Shown one piece after another: positions 35,280 to 45,810 of a stretch of 64,000 bases of DNA (its first letter is position 1; each line of letters begins with the position of its first letter). The notes under the pieces were generated by a model that was given only the letters and a program-made list of their open reading frames with translations, ran no database searches and had not been told where the DNA came from. The translations under genes and the position numbers were made by a program. Origin of the DNA: Candidatus Omnitrophota bacterium (GTDB taxonomy: Bacteria; Omnitrophota; Omnitrophia; Omnitrophales; Aquincolibacteriaceae); assembly GCA_043732705.1 (NCBI GenBank), contig JAYTHE010000040.1:3250-67249 (forward strand), read 5' to 3'.

Positions 35280-36289
35280 AGTTCAGGACAACGTTGTTTT
35301 TTGTCGTTTTATTTTTCGGCGTGTTGGCGCTGTATCTTTCACAAACAAAACAAGAATCCGTGCGCGTTGAACAAGTTAAAAAAACAAGCGATGATTTTAA
35401 AGTTCAAGTCGAAGAAAAATTGCCCGAGCTTAAAAAAGATCAGAAAGTGAACTTTATTCAAGTTCAGGAAATGAATAAAGAGGAAACATTTTGGCTTGAG
35501 AAGCAGGACACCGTCTGGCAAATTGTTTATCCCGTCAGAACACCGGCGGACCAGGCTATGGCACAGGGTATGGCGGGTATGGTCAAGCTGGCTCTCAATC
35601 AAAAGCTTTTGCGCCCGGAGGGCGCGTGGGCGGATTATGGGCTGGATCACCCGGATATTAAAATCGGCGTGGGAACTACAGACGATCCGGAAAGGCATTT
35701 TCTCTATCTTGGTAAGGCGGCTCCGATGGGCGCCGGAGTTTTTGCGCGCTGGGATGACAAAAACGCTTACTTTATTTTGCCCCAAGCGCTGAAATCAGCT
35801 TTTCAAAAAAGCTTGTATGAGATGCGCGAGAAACGTGTTTTTATGACGCCGATGCCCAAAATGGACCGCGTTTATATTGAAATCGGTGATCAGACTTTTG
35901 ATTGGACGCTGAGAAACGGGTCCTGGTATTGGATGGAGCCGCTTGATTTAATCGGAAAAACCATGGCGGAAGATCAAATGATGGCCGTGATCCAGATTCT
36001 TTCCAAGCTTTACGTGAAAGAATTTATCGATGATTCAACGAGTGATATTTATGCTGCGGGTATCAGTATGATTTCAGACCGAATTCAGATTCGCTCAGGC
36101 ACAAATACCGAAACTGTTTATTTCGGAAAAGAAGCGTCGCTTAAAACAGCTTATTACGCTCACCGTGAAAATGAAAAAACATTATTTTTAATCGATCAAA
36201 CCAAAGTGATTGAGATTTTAGAATTATTGGATGCTCTTGATAAAGTGAATCATCCTGCCGCGGTTGCGATGCAAAAATTGCAGGCTTGA
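35276..36289 (+). CDS. DUF4340-like membrane-anchored protein
   Basis: N-terminal TM, WQIVYPVRTPAD, DYGLDHP; usual fourth gene of Gld-like ABC operons. Confidence 0.75.
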   Translation: MKFRTTLFFVVLFFGVLALYLSQTKQESVRVEQVKKTSDDFKVQVEEKLPELKKDQKVNFIQVQEMNKEETFWLEKQDTVWQIVYPVRTPADQAMAQGMAGMVKLALNQKLLRPEGAWADYGLDHPDIKIGVGTTDDPERHFLYLGKAAPMGAGVFARWDDKNAYFILPQALKSAFQKSLYEMREKRVFMTPMPKMDRVYIEIGDQTFDWTLRNGSWYWMEPLDLIGKTMAEDQMMAVIQILSKLYVKEFIDDSTSDIYAAGISMISDRIQIRSGTNTETVYFGKEASLKTAYYAHRENEKTLFLIDQTKVIEILELLDALDKVNHPAAVAMQKLQA

Positions 36290-36309
36290 AAACCTTGGGG
36301 TCCTGATTG

Positions 36310-36987
36310 ATGTCGATTCAAAAAGAACTCTTTGACATTCGAAATCGCATGAGTCGCGCTGCTTCCGCGCGAAGCGTCGAATTGATTGCGGTGACAAAAA
36401 CATTGAGCCCTCATATCATTCGCAGCGCGTATGCCTTAGGCTTGCGTGACTTTGGTGAGAATAAGGTTCAAGAGTTTTTAGAAAAATACGACGTTCTTCC
36501 GGGAGACATTCGCTGGCATATGATCGGCAGGCTTCAAACGAACAAAGTGAAAGATGTTTTAGGGAAAATAGCCTTGATTCATTCGCTGGATCGTCTTGAA
36601 CTGTATGACAAGCTGGACGCGGAAGCCCGCAAGCGCAAAACAGGGAATGTGGAATGTCTTTTGCAGGTGAATATCAGCGGGGAAGCTTCCAAGGCGGGCT
36701 TAGCCGCGTGTGAAATAGACGGGTTTTTAACTCAATTGAAGCCCGATTCGCCGGTTCAAATCAAAGGCTTGATGACCATCGCACCTTTGACGGAGAATAA
36801 GAATGAGATTCGAAATGTTTTTCGCGTCGCAAAGACGTTATTTGAAAAGCTAAAAAAAGAATACGCGCAGTTTGATTGGAAGTATCTTTCGATGGGAATG
36901 TCAGGTGATTTTGAAATTGCGATCGAAGAAGGCGCGACGATGGTCAGAATCGGAACGGCTTTGTTTGGCGAGCGTCAAAAGCAATAA
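36310..36987 (+). CDS. yggS: PLP homeostasis protein
   Basis: LIAVTKT, FGENKVQE, WHMIGRLQTNK, LSMGMSGDF, VRIGTALFG. Confidence 0.95.
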   Translation: MSIQKELFDIRNRMSRAASARSVELIAVTKTLSPHIIRSAYALGLRDFGENKVQEFLEKYDVLPGDIRWHMIGRLQTNKVKDVLGKIALIHSLDRLELYDKLDAEARKRKTGNVECLLQVNISGEASKAGLAACEIDGFLTQLKPDSPVQIKGLMTIAPLTENKNEIRNVFRVAKTLFEKLKKEYAQFDWKYLSMGMSGDFEIAIEEGATMVRIGTALFGERQKQ

Positions 36988-36999
36988 CCGGAGTTTTAT

Positions 37000-37803
37000 A
37001 TGCGAATTACAAAAAAAATCGGATTGATCGGCTGCGGCAATATGGGGTCGGCGATTTTAGCGGGCGCCTTTCAGAATAAAATTTGCAATCCTTCACAGGT
37101 GTGGGTCGCCGATAAAATGGCCGGTAAGGTTCGTGCTTTCAGCAAAAAGAATAAATGCCGCGCGGCGCGAGATGCGGCCGAAGCAGTTCAAAAGACGGAT
37201 ATTATTTTACTCGCCGTCAAGCCGCAAGATTTAGCCGAAACCGCGGCCTCAATCAAGCCGTTTCTTCATTCACGCAAAACGGTGATTTCCATTCTTGCCG
37301 GAGTGAAACTTGCCGGCCTTAAAAAGCATTTAGGCGCGGCAGTTGTGGTGCGGGCAATGCCGAATCTGGGCGCTCAGGTCGGTGCTTCGGTGACGGCGCT
37401 TTGTTCTCAAAAAAAAGAATCGTTAAAATCGGCTCAAATCCTTTTTTCCGCCTGCGGCAGTGTGGTGGTTTTGAATGAAAAATATTTTGATGTGGTGACT
37501 GCGGTCAGCGGCAGCGGTCCGGCGTATTTCTTTTTGATGATGGAATTATTGGCTGATTTTGCGCGTAAAAACGGCATGGATGAGAAATCCGCGCGGCAGC
37601 TTGCAGTTCAAACTGCGTTGGGAGCGGGACGTTTAGCGGCCCTTAGTTCCGAGCCGCCGGCGGTATTAAGAGCGCGCGTCACATCGAAGAAGGGTACAAC
37701 GCATGCGGCATTATCCGTGTTAAAATACCGCAAGTTTCCAAAAATATTTTTTGCCGCGTTGCAAGCCGCAGTCAAGCGTAGCCAGCAATTAAGCAAACGG
37801 TAA
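37000..37803 (+). CDS. proC: Pyrroline-5-carboxylate reductase
   Basis: IGCGNMG, LAVKPQ, RAMPN, SGSGPAY, VTSKKGTT. Confidence 0.95.
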   Translation: MRITKKIGLIGCGNMGSAILAGAFQNKICNPSQVWVADKMAGKVRAFSKKNKCRAARDAAEAVQKTDIILLAVKPQDLAETAASIKPFLHSRKTVISILAGVKLAGLKKHLGAAVVVRAMPNLGAQVGASVTALCSQKKESLKSAQILFSACGSVVVLNEKYFDVVTAVSGSGPAYFFLMMELLADFARKNGMDEKSARQLAVQTALGAGRLAALSSEPPAVLRARVTSKKGTTHAALSVLKYRKFPKIFFAALQAAVKRSQQLSKR

Positions 37804-37893
37804 CAAATTGCAATCTTCAATACTGTGGAATATTGCAATCTTCGATGAGCTTAGATTGCGAAGTCGTAATATACGATTGGGAGACAAATAGAC

Positions 37894-38190
37894 ATGTTTA
37901 TTTTTGGTGAAATTTTGAATGGAATCGCTTTTATTATTAATGCGATTGTCACGGTATTGATGTGGATCATCATTGTGCATGCTGTTTTAACCTGGCTTTT
38001 AAGCCCTTTTCATCCCTATGTGCAAATGCTCAACCAAGCTGCGGAACCGGTGTTGAAGCCTTTTCGCCGCTTGCCGCTGACCATTGGCAATATTGACTTT
38101 ACTCCGCTGGTTGCCGTCATTGTTTTGAACGTTGTCAAAAATATTTTACTTCGTCTGATCATGATCGGTTCTCAGTATTTCGGAACTTAA
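37894..38190 (+). CDS. yggT: YggT family membrane protein
   Basis: EPVLKPFRR..IDFTPLVA; syntenic with yggS-proC. Confidence 0.88.
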   Translation: MFIFGEILNGIAFIINAIVTVLMWIIIVHAVLTWLLSPFHPYVQMLNQAAEPVLKPFRRLPLTIGNIDFTPLVAVIVLNVVKNILLRLIMIGSQYFGT

Positions 38191-38207
38191 GATTTTTATT
38201 CCTAATC

Positions 38208-39056
38208 ATGCCCGCAAAACCCAATCAAAAAACTAAAAATCCAACGCTTGCCCACATTGACGCTTGTGTCCGTGTCATCCGTAAGAAGACGGATTTTGTT
38301 CCTGAGTTTTGCTGTGTACTTGGAACCGGATTGGGCCATTTAGCAAAACAGGTCAAAGTGGACACGGCTTTTGAATACCGTAAGCTGCCGCACTTCCCCG
38401 TAACAACCGTTGAGTCGCATCGCGGACAGTTGATCTTAGGCGAATTGGAAGGACGGCGCATGGCGATGTTGGAAGGCCGCTTTCATCTTTATGAAGGTTA
38501 TTCCGCCGCGGAAGTCGTTTTTCCGGCGCGTGTTTGCCGTTTTCTTGGCGCAAAAAGCATGATTGTGACGAATGCGGCGGGCGGTTTAAATCCGGCTTAT
38601 AAAAGCGGCGATATCATTGCCATTCATGACCACATTAATTTTTTAGGAGTGAATCCTTTGACGGGCCCGAATGATGAGCGCATCGGGCCGCGCTTTCCCG
38701 ATATGTCCGAACCTTACACGAAAGATTTTTTAAAAACCGCACAAGCTGCGGCGAAAAGTTTAAAATTAACCCTGCATGAGGGGATTTATCTCGCTATTGC
38801 GGGACCAAACCTTGAAACTCGCGCAGAATATCGTATGATAAGAAACTTTGGAGCCGATTTGGTTGGCATGTCAACTGTTCCGGAAGTGATTGCCGCCGTG
38901 CATGCGGGAATGAAAGTTTTGGGGTTGAGCGTGATTACGGATGTTTGTGACCCGGATCATTTGAAAGCGGTTGATATTCGTGAAATTATTCGTGTTGCCA
39001 ATGCGTCGGGCCCGAAATTAGATCAATTGATTCGTAGATTTTTAAAGCTGGTTTGA
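38208..39056 (+). CDS. punA: Purine nucleoside phosphorylase (trimeric type)
   Basis: LGTGLG, GRFHLYEG, TNAAGG, GPNLETRAE, VGMSTVPE. Confidence 0.92.
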   Translation: MPAKPNQKTKNPTLAHIDACVRVIRKKTDFVPEFCCVLGTGLGHLAKQVKVDTAFEYRKLPHFPVTTVESHRGQLILGELEGRRMAMLEGRFHLYEGYSAAEVVFPARVCRFLGAKSMIVTNAAGGLNPAYKSGDIIAIHDHINFLGVNPLTGPNDERIGPRFPDMSEPYTKDFLKTAQAAAKSLKLTLHEGIYLAIAGPNLETRAEYRMIRNFGADLVGMSTVPEVIAAVHAGMKVLGLSVITDVCDPDHLKAVDIREIIRVANASGPKLDQLIRRFLKLV

Positions 39057-39058
39057 AA

Positions 39059-41983
39059 ATGGAAACTCCGAAAAAAAGTTATAAAGAGACGCTCAACTTG
39101 CCTGATACGCCCTTCGCGATGAAGGCGAGTCTTGCGATGCGCGAGCCCGGTATGCTTGCCGGTTGGGAAAAAGAAGGCCTCTATAAACGTATTCGCGCGA
39201 AATCCGCCGGCCAGCCTAAGTATGTTTTGCATGACGGCCCGCCTTATGCCAACGGCCAAATTCACATTGGGCATGCTCTCAATAAAACGCTCAAAGATAT
39301 TATTGTTAAGTTTGAGACGATGCGCGGTTTTGACGCTAAGTATGTACCGGGTTGGGACTGCCATGGTTTGCCGATCGAAGTGCAATGCTTAAAAGAACTG
39401 GGTAAAAGCAAAGATGAAGTTAATCCCGCCGAATTTCGCAAAGAAGCGCGTAAATACGCGGAGAAGTATATCGCGATTCAAAAAGAAGAATTCAAGCGCC
39501 TTGGAATTTTCGGTGACTGGGACCACCCGTATTTAACGATGAATTTCGGATATCAAACTAAGATTGCCGAAGCCTTTTTTACGCTGTATGAAAAGGAATA
39601 TATTTTCCGCGGAGAAAAACCGGTTTATTGGTCTACGGGTTGTGAGACCGCGTTGGCTGAGGCCGAATTAGAATATCAGGATAAAGTTTCCAAAGCTATT
39701 TTCGTCAAATTTCCGATACGTGAATTGGGTGCGAAGCAGCTGAAGTATTTGCAGGACGCAGGCACTAACCCCAAGCATCCGGTTTCACTGTTGATTTGGA
39801 CGACTACGCCCTGGACTTTACCGGCCAATGTCGGCGTGGCAGTCAATGCGGAGATGGAATATGGAATTTATGAATTTCTTAATCACGAAATTTATATTTT
39901 TTCAAAAAATCTGGAAGAACGGTTAAAGGGTAAACTCAGCTGGGCGGAATTTAAGTGTTTGCGCACTTTAAAAGGCGAAGCATTGCAAAAACTTTTTCCG
40001 AATTATGGCCACCCTTTTCTTGAGCGGGAGGGCAAGGTGATTCTCGCGGATTATGTGTCCGATGCTGAAGGAACAGGGCTGGTCCATATTGCTCCCGGTC
40101 ACGGCGAAGAAGACTATGTTTACGGACATTTAAAAAATAGTCTCGAAATTCTTTCGCCCGTGGACCATCGCGGACGGTTTACGGATAACTTTGGGCCCGA
40201 GTTGCAAGTGAAGGGTATTAATGTTTTTCAGGCGAATGACACGATTATCGAATATTTGAAAAAATATAATTTGCTACTTGGGGTTGAAAATCACGAGCAT
40301 TCTTACCCGTATTGCTGGCGTTCCAAGACGCCTGTGATCGTGCGTGCGACGCCGCAATGGTTTATGAAAATCGATCATGATGACTTGCGTAAAAAAATGC
40401 TTCACGCAGTTTACGGTGAAATTAAATTTACTCCGGACTGGGGCGTGAACCGTATCGGCGGCATGCTGGAAACACGGCCTGAATGGTGTCTGTCCCGCCA
40501 GCGTCTTTGGGGCGTTCCGATCCCGCTCGCAATCTGTGAAGATTGCGCCGCGCCGCATATGAATGAAGGTTTTAAAAACCGGGTGCTTGCGGCATTTAAA
40601 GAAAAAGGCGCGGATGCTTGGTTCCAGCCTTATCTTTCCTCTGCGCCTGGGGCGCAACCGGTTGAGTCCGCCGCACATTTTTTAGGGGAAGGAGCAGTTT
40701 GTGTTTCCTGCGGCTCCAAAAAACTGCGGCTTGAAAAAGATATTCTCGATGTTTGGTTTGATTCAGGCTCAAGCCATTATGCAGTTTTGCGCGAAGACCC
40801 GGAACTTCATTATCCCGCGGATCTTTATCTTGAAGGCTCGGACCAACATCGCGGCTGGTTTCAAAGTTCACTGACTGTGGCCATGGGGCTTTCCGGAGAA
40901 GCGCCTTTTAAAGGGGTGTTAACGCATGGATTTGTCATGGACGGCGCGGGTAAGAAAATGTCCAAATCGGCCGGAAATGTTGTTCTGCCGCAAAAGGTGA
41001 TTCAAGAATATGGCGCGGATATTTTGCGTCTCTGGGTGTCTTCCTGCGATTATCAATTTGACGTGCGTCTTTCTTATGAAATGTTGAAACAGCTTGCGGA
41101 TGCTTACCGTAAAATTCGAAATACGCTGCGATACATGCTCGCGAATCTTTTTGATTTTAAAGCGGCGACAGACACGGTCGCGGATGAAGATATGCATCCG
41201 CTTGACCGCTGGGCGGTGGGGCGCGTCAGGGAACTTGCGGGCCGGGTTACTGAAAGTTATTCCAGCTTCGGTTTTAATCAGGTTTATCGCGAAATTTATC
41301 ATTTTTGTGTCACAGAATTGAGCGCGTATTATTTTGATGTTTTGAAAGACACGCTGTATGTGCCTTCTCCGAACGCCTGGATTCGCCGTTCCGCGCAGAC
41401 AGCTTTATATGAAATTTACGGAACTTTAGTGAAACTGATTGCGCCGATTCTTGTTTTTACGGCAGATGAAGCTTGGCGAGTGCTTCCGGTGGATCAGATG
41501 CAGTCAGTGCATGAAAGCAGCTGGCCGTCAGCCGCGACGGATAAGGAACCTTCGGATAAAGATTGGGATTGGATCCGGGAATTACGGGACGCGGCTGCGC
41601 CTTTTTTAGAAGCGCAGCGTGAAGCAAAAGTTATTTCCGCGAACCTTGAAGCGCAAGTCAGGCTTTTTTCATCTGATCAGGAAGTTCAGGCTTTGATAAA
41701 AAAATACGCGAAAGAATTGCCGCGTATTTTAGTGGTTTCGCGCGTGGAAATTGCCTCGGATGTTTGGGAGGGCGCCGGTTCCGCAAAAGTAAATTGGAAA
41801 TGTTTAGGGCGCGAAACCGATTTGGTTATTTCCGCGGCGCATGCGGGCGGAAAAAAGTGTGTTCGCTGCTGGACCTATCACGAGGAATTGGGTGAAAATG
41901 CCGAGCATCCCGAGATTTGTGTGCGCTGTACGAGTGCCCTAGCGGGCCTGGATCAAAAGCTGGGAACAGGCGAATCACGATAA
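39059..41983 (+). CDS. ileS: Isoleucine--tRNA ligase (type 1)
   Basis: HDGPPYANG.IHIGH, WTTTPWT, EGSDQHRGWF, KMSKS, C-terminal CVRC..CVRC zinc finger. Confidence 0.97.
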   Translation: METPKKSYKETLNLPDTPFAMKASLAMREPGMLAGWEKEGLYKRIRAKSAGQPKYVLHDGPPYANGQIHIGHALNKTLKDIIVKFETMRGFDAKYVPGWDCHGLPIEVQCLKELGKSKDEVNPAEFRKEARKYAEKYIAIQKEEFKRLGIFGDWDHPYLTMNFGYQTKIAEAFFTLYEKEYIFRGEKPVYWSTGCETALAEAELEYQDKVSKAIFVKFPIRELGAKQLKYLQDAGTNPKHPVSLLIWTTTPWTLPANVGVAVNAEMEYGIYEFLNHEIYIFSKNLEERLKGKLSWAEFKCLRTLKGEALQKLFPNYGHPFLEREGKVILADYVSDAEGTGLVHIAPGHGEEDYVYGHLKNSLEILSPVDHRGRFTDNFGPELQVKGINVFQANDTIIEYLKKYNLLLGVENHEHSYPYCWRSKTPVIVRATPQWFMKIDHDDLRKKMLHAVYGEIKFTPDWGVNRIGGMLETRPEWCLSRQRLWGVPIPLAICEDCAAPHMNEGFKNRVLAAFKEKGADAWFQPYLSSAPGAQPVESAAHFLGEGAVCVSCGSKKLRLEKDILDVWFDSGSSHYAVLREDPELHYPADLYLEGSDQHRGWFQSSLTVAMGLSGEAPFKGVLTHGFVMDGAGKKMSKSAGNVVLPQKVIQEYGADILRLWVSSCDYQFDVRLSYEMLKQLADAYRKIRNTLRYMLANLFDFKAATDTVADEDMHPLDRWAVGRVRELAGRVTESYSSFGFNQVYREIYHFCVTELSAYYFDVLKDTLYVPSPNAWIRRSAQTALYEIYGTLVKLIAPILVFTADEAWRVLPVDQMQSVHESSWPSAATDKEPSDKDWDWIRELRDAAAPFLEAQREAKVISANLEAQVRLFSSDQEVQALIKKYAKELPRILVVSRVEIASDVWEGAGSAKVNWKCLGRETDLVISAAHAGGKKCVRCWTYHEELGENAEHPEICVRCTSALAGLDQKLGTGESR

Positions 41984-43531
41984 ATGTCATATCATCTGAG
42001 ATCAACTAAAGCCGTCTTAATTCGGAAAATAATGGTCGGGGCGGCTTTCTCTCTTTTCAGTATTCTTGCTTTGCACGGGCTGGTGGATCTTAAGCTGATT
42101 TCTTTTAAAGCTGAATACCGTTATTTAATTGATACTGTCATTGCGATTTTAGCGACTGTTGCGACAATTTTTGTGAAACCGGTGGATCGTGCCGCAAAAC
42201 GGGTCTTGCGTGATTATATGCTGCGCCGTGAATGTTATGCCCATATCGCGCTTTTGGACTTGGTGGAAGAACTGCAATCCATTTTGCAATTGCGTGAAGT
42301 TGCCAATCTCGTTGTGAATTCTTTTGCCGAGGCTTTTCATCTTAAAACAACAGCGTTGTTTGTTTTTCGACGCGAAGAAGACGCTTTTGAGGCGGTTTCA
42401 GCGCATGGCTGGCCGGCTTCCGAACTTCGCCGCATCAGACTTTCCAACCATAGTTTGCTCGCGGATATTTTACGACAAACCGGGGAACATACGCTGACAC
42501 GCAATGTATTGATTAAATCGGTGAGCTGGCAGGATGCGAATAATCTGGAGAACGATTTCAACTCGATTCGCGCGGGTTGGGTTCTGCCGTTCTTTTTCAA
42601 AGAAGAACTTTTGGGATTTATGGCTTTGGGGTCGGACTCACCGGACCGTGTTTTTGAAAAGGCAGATTTTGAATTTTTCCTGCGGTTTGCCAGGAAAATT
42701 TCAATTTGCCTAAAAAACGCGATGGAAGTTGAAACTCTTATTGCCCGTAACGATGAGCTTCAGGGGGAGCAGTCGCAGCGGTTTCAGGTTTCCAAGTTAA
42801 AAGCCGTTTCGCAGCTTGCGGAAGGGCTGGCGCATGAAATTCATAATCCATTGGCGATTATCTCCGGAAAAGCCCAGGTTTTACTCTTTAAAAAGGGAGA
42901 AGTGGACTGGGAAAAGCGCGTCGAAGAGGCCCTGACAGTCATGATTCAGCAATCGAAGCGGGCGGCCGATATTATACGGAAGGTGTTGACCTCGGTCCGT
43001 GATTCACAGGCTCCGCCGCGGGAACTCGATCTGAAGCAAATTGCTATGGAGACTGCCGAGCTTTTGCGTTATCAAGCGGCGCTTAAACAAATTGAAGTGA
43101 CGATTCATGCCGAAGAAAATTTACTGTTTTATGCGAATCCCGGTGATATTTATGAAATATTTTCAAATTTTATTTTAAACGGCGTAGAGATGCTCGGATC
43201 AAGCGGATGGGTTAAAATAGATATGCACCGGACCCGCAATGAAGACGCCGTTGAAATTTGGGTGACCGACAGCGGCCGCGGATTGCATCCGGAAATGCTC
43301 GATCAAATTTTTGATCCTTTTTTTAAAACACGTCATGAAGCGTTAGGTTTGGGTCTTTTTGCAGCGAAGCAGATCGTGCACCGCTATGGCGGAAGTATTC
43401 GCGCTGAGAGCCGGATCGGCGAAGGCATTAGATTTCAAATTCAATTGCCGCTGCGGCGCGCGGTTGAACGGGTTGTGGTAGAAACAAAGACTGAATTAGA
43501 GTCGCCGGAAACGGCGCGAGGAAGGAAATAA
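41984..43531 (+). CDS. Membrane sensor histidine kinase with GAF-like domain
   Basis: 2 TM helices, AHEIHNPL H-box, DSGRG, FDPFF, GLGL. Confidence 0.9.
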   Translation: MSYHLRSTKAVLIRKIMVGAAFSLFSILALHGLVDLKLISFKAEYRYLIDTVIAILATVATIFVKPVDRAAKRVLRDYMLRRECYAHIALLDLVEELQSILQLREVANLVVNSFAEAFHLKTTALFVFRREEDAFEAVSAHGWPASELRRIRLSNHSLLADILRQTGEHTLTRNVLIKSVSWQDANNLENDFNSIRAGWVLPFFFKEELLGFMALGSDSPDRVFEKADFEFFLRFARKISICLKNAMEVETLIARNDELQGEQSQRFQVSKLKAVSQLAEGLAHEIHNPLAIISGKAQVLLFKKGEVDWEKRVEEALTVMIQQSKRAADIIRKVLTSVRDSQAPPRELDLKQIAMETAELLRYQAALKQIEVTIHAEENLLFYANPGDIYEIFSNFILNGVEMLGSSGWVKIDMHRTRNEDAVEIWVTDSGRGLHPEMLDQIFDPFFKTRHEALGLGLFAAKQIVHRYGGSIRAESRIGEGIRFQIQLPLRRAVERVVVETKTELESPETARGRK

Positions 43532-43533
43532 AT

Positions 43534-43905
43534 ATGACTAAACGTTTGCTTGTTGTGGATGATGAAGAAGAAATTTGTGATTTTTTAAAATCTTTTTTTG
43601 AGGATCGCCAGTACATTGTTGAAACTGCGCATTCCGGTGTGCAAGCTTTGGAGAAAGTGCGGAAGTTTAATCCCCATATTATTCTCTTGGACATTCAAAT
43701 GCCGGAAATGGACGGAATGAAAGCCCTGAAAATTATTAAGCAGGAAAACCCTCAGATTAAAGTGATCATGGTGACGGCGGTCGAAACGCAGGAAAAAATT
43801 GAAGAGTCCATGCGTTTAGGTGCGGATAATTATATTACCAAGCCGCTCAGCTTGGAATATCTTGAGAATGATGTTCAAGAGAAATTAAAAGGTTTGATTC
43901 AATAA
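43534..43905 (+). CDS. Single-domain response regulator
   Basis: LVVDDE, LLDIQMP, YITKP. Confidence 0.93.
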   Translation: MTKRLLVVDDEEEICDFLKSFFEDRQYIVETAHSGVQALEKVRKFNPHIILLDIQMPEMDGMKALKIIKQENPQIKVIMVTAVETQEKIEESMRLGADNYITKPLSLEYLENDVQEKLKGLIQ

Positions 43906-43985
43906 GGTAAATAGCCGCGTGCGCAGTGTTCGGCCATTCTTTTGTTCTGGCGCGAGGTTATTTTAGTTTCAAGCTATAGGCTTCA

Positions 43986-45221
43986 ATGAACTACGAACAA
44001 GTTCTGCGTGATGTTGCGAAAATGATGGTGCGGCTCAAAAAGCCGACACGTCTATTGAAAATGATCACGCGTTTTATTGACAAGAACTTCGATCTTGATC
44101 ACACCTCAATTGTTATTTGGGAGGCCTCCCGCTCGCGGTATACGTTTGTGGACTCCAAGGGGACTTTGCGTATTCCTGCCGGATTTGTCCGCTTTGACCG
44201 TGATCATCCGCTGATTGCCTGGTTTTCTAAAAGCGCCCGGAACGGAAAAGCATCGCGTGATTACTTATTGAGATCGGATCTCGAAGAACGGATCGAAAAA
44301 AATAAAAAAAATAATCCGGATTCAATCCGTTCTTTTCAAATTGTTCTGAACGCGATGAGCATGATGAAAGCGGAAGTCGTGATTCCGGGTTACTTTAAAA
44401 ATGATTTGCTGGGCGTCCTTTTGCTTGGGGCGAAGAAAAGTAAAGGTCAGTTTGACTCCCGCGAAATTAGTTTTTTCCAAACTTTGGTTCAAGATTGTTC
44501 CATGGCAGTCAAAACAACCGAGTATCACCAAAGTCTTTTGGAGCGCACGCAGCAATTAGAGTCGCAGCTGCAGGAAATTGAAAGCCTGCGCGCGCGCGAG
44601 CAAAAACGCTATTATGAAATTATCCGCTCGCTCGCGCAGCAAGTGAACGCGAAAGATCCTTACACCTTCGGCCATATCGGGCAGGTTGAGCGCCTGGGTG
44701 TGATTACGGGCAAAGAGCTGGGAATGGACATGAGCGGACGAGGAAAGGATATTTTATCCGCCGGCCTTTTGCTACATGATGTCGGAAAAATTGGAATCCC
44801 GGACCATATTCTCAATAAACCCGCCAGACTCGATTCGGAAGAATGGGAAATCATGAAGACCCACGTTGAAAAAGGCGCGCAGATTTTAGAGCCGCTGACG
44901 GATTTTAAAGAGGTCCGCGATATTGTCTTTGCGCATCATGAACGTTGGGACGGCACAGGGTATCCACGGGGGTTAGCGGGGGAAAAAATTCCCGTGGGCG
45001 CGAGAATTGTGTGTGTGGTAGATGCTTTTCATGCCATTGTTTCAACCCGTTGTTATTCCAAAGGCAGGCCGATTGAAACCGCTTTTGAGGAGCTAAGGCG
45101 CTGTGCAGGCACTCAATTTGACCCCCGGGTCGTGGAAGCCTTTATTTCGGCTTTAACCAAAGAAATGAAGCGCCGGGGAACCGGCTTTTTTTACGATACG
45201 GAAACCCGTCATTCGGCTTAA
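43986..45221 (+). CDS. HD-GYP c-di-GMP phosphodiesterase with N-terminal GAF-like domain
   Basis: LLHDVGKIG, HHERWDGTGYP, GTQFDP. Confidence 0.9.
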   Translation: MNYEQVLRDVAKMMVRLKKPTRLLKMITRFIDKNFDLDHTSIVIWEASRSRYTFVDSKGTLRIPAGFVRFDRDHPLIAWFSKSARNGKASRDYLLRSDLEERIEKNKKNNPDSIRSFQIVLNAMSMMKAEVVIPGYFKNDLLGVLLLGAKKSKGQFDSREISFFQTLVQDCSMAVKTTEYHQSLLERTQQLESQLQEIESLRAREQKRYYEIIRSLAQQVNAKDPYTFGHIGQVERLGVITGKELGMDMSGRGKDILSAGLLLHDVGKIGIPDHILNKPARLDSEEWEIMKTHVEKGAQILEPLTDFKEVRDIVFAHHERWDGTGYPRGLAGEKIPVGARIVCVVDAFHAIVSTRCYSKGRPIETAFEELRRCAGTQFDPRVVEAFISALTKEMKRRGTGFFYDTETRHSA

Positions 45222-45252
45222 TTTGAGCGCGCTTTTTCTCTCGTAAAACTCC

Positions 45253-45281
45253 TTGCTTGCCCCATAGCCTCTCTGTATAAT
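45253..45281 (+). promoter_or_regulatory. Sigma70-type promoter for dksA-lspA
   Basis: TTGCTT-17 nt-TATAAT; GGAGG SD before ATG 45319. Confidence 0.65.
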
Positions 45282-45318
45282 CTGCCCGCCTTGTAACCTT
45301 TGTTTTGGAGGAGTATTT

Positions 45319-45810
45319 ATGCCGAACAAGAAAAAAGCTAAGAAACCCGTAAAAGCCGTTAAAAAAGTGGTTTCTAAAGCGGCACGTCCAGTTGCAGCCA
45401 AAAAACCCGCTGCGCCTGCTATTTCTCCTTCGAAGGTTAAAACTGACCTTTCCAAGAAAGACTTAGCCTTTTATAAGGATGTTCTCCTCGATTTGCGCAC
45501 AAAAATTGTGGGCGATTTAAATCATCTTGAAAATGATTCGCTCAAGAAAAGCACCGAAGAAATGACCGGCGACCATGCCGATGTCATCGATACGGCGCAA
45601 GATGAATTCGACCGTGAATTTGTGCTCAGCCTTGCCGCGAATGAACAGCAGATTTTAAATAAAATTGACGTTGCTTTACACAAAATTGAAGACGGCACTT
45701 ACGGTGTTTGTGAAAAATACGGTACCCCGATTCCCAAAAAGCGCTTGCTGGCTATGCCTTATGCGATTATGTCTTTGAAGGCCCAGGAAGAGCAGGAGAA
45801 GGGCCTATAA
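45319..45810 (+). CDS. dksA: DksA/TraR family protein with Lys/Ala/Pro-rich N-terminus and degenerate zinc finger
   Basis: Coiled-coil tip DVID; ALHKIEDGTYGVCE..G.PIP..RL.AMPYA. Confidence 0.85.
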   Translation: MPNKKKAKKPVKAVKKVVSKAARPVAAKKPAAPAISPSKVKTDLSKKDLAFYKDVLLDLRTKIVGDLNHLENDSLKKSTEEMTGDHADVIDTAQDEFDREFVLSLAANEQQILNKIDVALHKIEDGTYGVCEKYGTPIPKKRLLAMPYAIMSLKAQEEQEKGL

